Below are positions 1 to 64,000 of a DNA stretch of 64,000 nt, in pieces. The DNA lies in assembly GCA_977020255.1 (NCBI GenBank), contig CDROCS010003745.1, positions 496,001 to 560,000 of the forward strand, given 5' to 3'. Each line of letters opens with the position of its first letter. The stretch's first letter is position 1. Source of the stretch: Obrimoposthia wandeli (Eukaryota). The position numbers and the translations under genes were made by a program. The notes beneath the pieces were generated by a model. It searched no databases and had not been told where the DNA came from. It saw only the letters and a program-made list of their open reading frames with translations.

Positions 1-555
1 TATCAGGATCTACAGAATTCTATGTGATGAGAATACAATTCCTATTTCAGAAGCTAAAACGATAGTATTGCTACAGTTGTTACTACTGCTTCAGTAGGTT
101 TCATTTACCTTTCTTTTCTTGTTTGTATTGGAATCTGTCTTGGATCATACATTTTAGGCGATTCCCTTGTCAAAATCAAGGATAAGATGAAATGAATGTA
201 AAATTTGTTGAAAATTTAAATGTCGTGTTTAAACATTTAAATAGAGCAACGTTTCTACAAAAAATTTGAAAATACATTTTAAGATAATTAAAGAAAATTG
301 CTGAAACTTATTAGAAATGTTAAGATAAATTGCCTATTTTTCTACCTACCGAAGTTTCCGGGAAATTAGTCCACATGATTATACGCCTATTTTCATTTTT
401 TAAATGCACTATCGTTTGCAACATATGGCTTTGGTGTTATTGGCAAAAGGAACGCACAATACGCTCCCAACAGCGAACTTAAGACTATTTTTGAACTTCC
501 TGAAACCAAATTACATTATACTTTTATTTTGTCAACTTCTGACCTAGCTACTCAC

Positions 556-59519
<58,964 letters not shown>

Positions 59520-59917
59520 CTGCAGAATGAAACAATGTTAGGAGTTAAATATTCCTTCTTAATATAATATGGAAGTTAATTCCAAGCTTTTAGAAAGCCT
59601 GATTTAGAGAATGAAACATTTATTTTCAAACTATGAGAAATAAATCTTACAACTATCGGTGAACGTTTTGACTAATAAACAAAATATTTAAATATTTGGA
59701 GTTTTTAGTGCAAATATAAACAAAGCAAGAATATAACTACTAATTTAAGAAGCATTAAGAAGAGTTCCTATCACATCTAGTTCAAACCACACCAAATTGT
59801 GAACAATTATCAGAGATCCGTTAAGATAATATTAAATTATGTTAGGATTATTAAATTATGTATCCTTATGAAACTTAAAACCCGTAAAATATACAAATAG
59901 TTTGATCATTGTCCTAT

Positions 59918-60073
59918 TTAAAGACAAACATAAATGTTGATACGGCAAATGATCTCGAACTGATCCCCTTGCAACTTCAGCTCTGGTTCAATTATATCCC
60001 CCAAACGCACCCCTTCACATTTGACCGCTGCGCCAAATACAACTTTGGTTGTTCCGTTGTCTCTTCTTACAGC
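59918..60073 (-). mobile_element. Possible non-LTR (RTE-like) reverse transcriptase fragment
   Basis: 'GTTKVVF...CEGVRLGDIIEPEL' resembles RT 'GVRQGDxISPxL'; no usable splice sites or ERC similarity. Confidence 0.35.
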
Positions 60074-63000
60074 AGGAAAATGAGAAATGAGCCAGTGCGT
60101 ATCCAACACATACTTTCCACTTACTTGTTTCACATTTTTGTTAATGTGGTCTTCTACTAATGTGATCAGTCTACAGTAGTATAAAGTGCGGTTTCTAAAA
60201 CACTGTTTTGTAATTCTAACAGATTATTAAGAGCATTATAACAACTGACTTGAAATCAACTGAAGAAAAAATATATATGAAGATAATAAGCAAATTCTAA
60301 AATAAATGAAAAGATAGAAAAGGGTCAATTATTTTTTCCCTTTGAAACGAATAACATTATCTGAAGAAATATTAATTTTAGAATCATTTCTAAATATAAT
60401 CACGAATTTTGGATGGTTCAACGTTTATTTAAGTCTGCTTTATTGTCAATTTTTATAGACAAAAGATTTGTCCTGTCTTGTGTTGTAACATAATTTATTA
60501 ATTCAAATGTTTAGCCATACTCAGAGTTGGAACCATCCAGAAATATCTTTAACATAATTTACTACTTATATTTAAAAGTAATAAATTTAAGTAAGACTTT
60601 CCAAATTTTCAATATGAAGAAATATAAAATAAACTAAATAAATACGATTGTTTAAAAGTTTTTACAACAACAAATATATGAACAAATGATTATTCTATCA
60701 TGCCTACTTTAAAACATAATTATAGATACTGTTAGTTTAAAAGAATTGTCAAATTAAAGTAAATACAACAATTAAAATCGTCAAATTTCGGAAAAATGAA
60801 AGAAAGTGGAGCAAATAAACCGTATATTTAAAAATTGTTTAAAAAAAGCTTTCATTCGTATTTTAGAGTCTTTCTTGAATCTTTTGTAAAGGTCAATGGT
60901 TATATGTATATTATAAGGACTTTAGTTACATATTTCCTTTTCAATCTTTTTCGATTAATTAGACCTTGTTTGCAAATTTAGGACTATTTTTGACACATCC
61001 TCTAAAATATTGATGGGACAAAACCTATGGGCAGGACATTTCTATATGTACTTATCATCATATTATCATCATATCAACATTGTATAATTTCTCGATTTTA
61101 AATTACCATCTAAAATTCTCTAATATGTACTCAGGAGTATGTTTTTCTCGGATTCTTAGTTTCTTAATTTGATTAAGTCATATGACACTATCTTGTAATT
61201 CTGAATCACTATTAAATAATTCATTAAATAATAATTAAATTTGACAGAGAAAAACTTTGATGAATTTCCTACTCAAAATTTATGCTTAAATAGACACATA
61301 AAGGGGGGAAAATATATTGTTTATCTTAAATCTAATATCAATGAATTTAATAATTATTAATAAAGTATGGTCCTCTGTAAATACAATAACTTTATGTGGA
61401 ATTATTTTATTAAATTAATTTTCATTCAAAATTTTAGTAGAAATTAAATTTGAAAATTATTTTTTAATATTTTTATCCGTCTGATCAAAGTTTTTGAGAT
61501 AGTTATTAAAAACTGAATATAAAACTCAGAATTTTATTCCCAATATTACAGGACTTTCAATTTACTATAATTAATTGATTAAAATTTAAAGATTTTTTTG
61601 AATTTTGCTTCTTCTTAACTTTTTAATATCGAAATTCGTAAATTAAATGTATCCTTCTATGGCATCATAACATTCAGATTGGACCAAAGGTTGTCTAGTC
61701 TATGAGGTTTAGTAAAATAAAAATCCATGATAAATTCTTGTATTTTAGTCCAATCAAATCTTTATTTTCAGGATTATATTGTGGACATTTTAGTGGATTT
61801 AAATTACGATTCGTAAAATATTCGGTCAACTTTTTACATGTATGAGCCTAGCATTATTTTTGCTGTAAGATGAAAATATCAATATATTTGGTTCTTAAAA
61901 CAAGAACAACTTTCTTTCTCAATATATCAAGATATTTTTCTCCATTATGTGCTCCTTATAATTTTTTCAGTATTAGTTCATCTATCAATATTCAAAACTG
62001 CATAAATCTTTAAAGAACCACCATTAATTTGGCGCTTTCGTCCATTACCGGGTTGATACTCTATGTGGTTCTGCCAAGAAATAAAATAATTATGTATATC
62101 TAATGAAAACCTAACTTCATCGGGGAAATCTTCTCTTTAAAAATGTATACATTTTATAAGTAAGACTTTATTGTGCCACTTCTATTCGTGTTTTGATCAT
62201 TTTATAAAGGGATTTTTTACATCTAGATCGTTAACCAAATTCTTTCGTAAGTTTAGCATCTTTGGAAAGGTCTACAAGATAATTTTTCTGGTATATTTCA
62301 CAGTTTCTTTAACGAAAATGAAATTATTTATTGTATTTGTCAAAAAGAACGGTTGACAAGGTTATTTAACGGTTGTAATACAAACAAGGTTTGATTAAAA
62401 TCAATTTTTATAAGGATTTCATGAACATGACTTTGTTTGTTTTGTCATTTCAAATATAATTACTAACAAAAATAATTGAAAATGTAAAGATATTAATAAA
62501 AGACAGTTTAAATACGATGTGGGTCTCACAAATATTGACACTTACTTTTTTTAATTTATTTACTTCATTGTTATACTTTGTTTCATTAGATTTAAAGAAG
62601 AAAGAAATCAATAATTTAAACAATATTTTTTTCTAAAATTGAAATTTTCATCAGTAATCTTAGTTTTAATCTAAACAAACCTATATAATCCCAATTCCTA
62701 TTTACTGACTCATTTACAAACACGGTGCTATATGAAACGATTCCCTCTTATGAAAATAAGTTTTTGAAGAAAGGATTTTAGAGAGAGAGAAATATGGCAA
62801 AATATTTCTACATCTGAGGTAGACACAGAAGAAATTATCATAGAAAATGATATCACAGATACAGATTATGAAATAATGAGGTCTAGAGAACCTTTATAAT
62901 CATTCAGAGTAATCTAAGCGGTCATCTAAAATGTTTGACCCATTTATTCCACAACAGATTCTAATAGAAACTAGTACCAGCATTGTAAGTCTTTGTAACA

Positions 63001-64000
63001 TATCGTTATTTTGTTTATGGAGATCTGTTTTCTGACCATGACGATATCTCAAAATTTTGATCAGATTGAATTCTAAAAACATTTTTGTAATAATCCATTT
63101 CGTTAAAGGAAAAAGACATTATTATACTTTATGGAGCGTAATACAAAACAGAAACTAAAGAGCAAGCGCAACAACTAAGAGTCGCACTCATTGGAGAAAG
63201 CGTTTGTGGTTTGTATGTGGGGAGGTTTGTGCGGCCTTGGTCATTTCCTGGTCGGAAGTGCAACAGCAACATAATTACCAATCTAACATAATCCTGCCGG
63301 AAATAGAAAACAACATAACCACAACCGAGTTCAGTTTGGTAAATATGACTACCAGACTCTACGACTCTATCTGCCTCCGCATTTGCTTTAGTAGATAATA
63401 TTTCTGCAAATTAATGTTGCATTTGAGAAAGTTTCCGTTTTGTCTCTTCCAAATGTTTATTTGTTTAAATGGACAGTTGTGATACACGTTATTGTCATTT
63501 CAAAAAATTACCCAATTCACAAAACGTAACAGAACATAAACATGCATTCCATATAGTACCGGGATCTAGCTAAATATGTATTCTACGGCATCAAACTATA
63601 GAAATACGTGCGATAATAAATTAATTTAAAATCATTGAAAAATTTCTACTAGAACTGTTATAAAGTTAATGCAGTAATTATATTTTAAAAAAACATAATT
63701 TGCCAATTCACGACTTCTTATTTACCATTAACAATAATTCATCTTAATTGCAAGTTGCCAGAAATTTGCCAAACTACAATTAAATTTATTATCACATAGT
63801 GTAAAGAAAATAGCCAATTAAATACTGAATAGCAAATTTAAATTTAAAATATTTTGCTGTTACTGTTAATCATTTTAATTTAATCGATTTCCATAATTCA
63901 TTAAGTCAATATGAATTGGACATAAAGCAATCAAGTGAAGATTTATTTATGAGGTTTGAATTATGTATCTTTCAATCTGTCTAAAGTTCAATAATGACTG

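Noticed and set aside
62700-63400. Acidic and GC-richer ORF fragments, possibly upstream ERC exons or piggyBac
   Set aside because: No ERC similarity or splice sites, and the motifs are too weak to assign.

Overview
Eukaryotic (animal, probably invertebrate) genomic DNA with very AT-rich introns and more GC-rich exons. Almost the whole window is the interior of one large minus-strand gene of the ELKS/ERC/CAST (Bruchpilot-related) presynaptic active-zone family. I reconstructed 19 coding exons by hand (59519 down to 556; 2,837 nt, about 945 codons). All junction phases are compatible, and one donor is GC rather than GT. The start and probably the end of the gene lie outside the window. Three things stand out in the gene. 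(1) The C-terminal half is extended by a set of symmetric phase-0 exons of about 43 codons that share a terminal motif, which looks like exon-module duplication. (2) A Gly/Ser/Tyr/Pro-rich insert interrupts the coiled coil. (3) One exon (56095-56277) carries an in-frame TGA and compensating frameshifts around a small hairpin, while the other 18 are intact. The introns contain many transposon remnants: Tc1/mariner, hAT (Buster and Tip100-like), piggyBac, L2-like LINE tails and a Gypsy/Gin-type integrase. They also hold four hAT MITEs with perfect 8-bp TSDs, a one-ended hAT insertion nested in a Buster transposase, and an intron-bearing VCP/p97 gene fragment. No rRNA, tRNA or CRISPR array was recognised. 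Protein-family assignments come from recalled consensus sequences, not from database searches.
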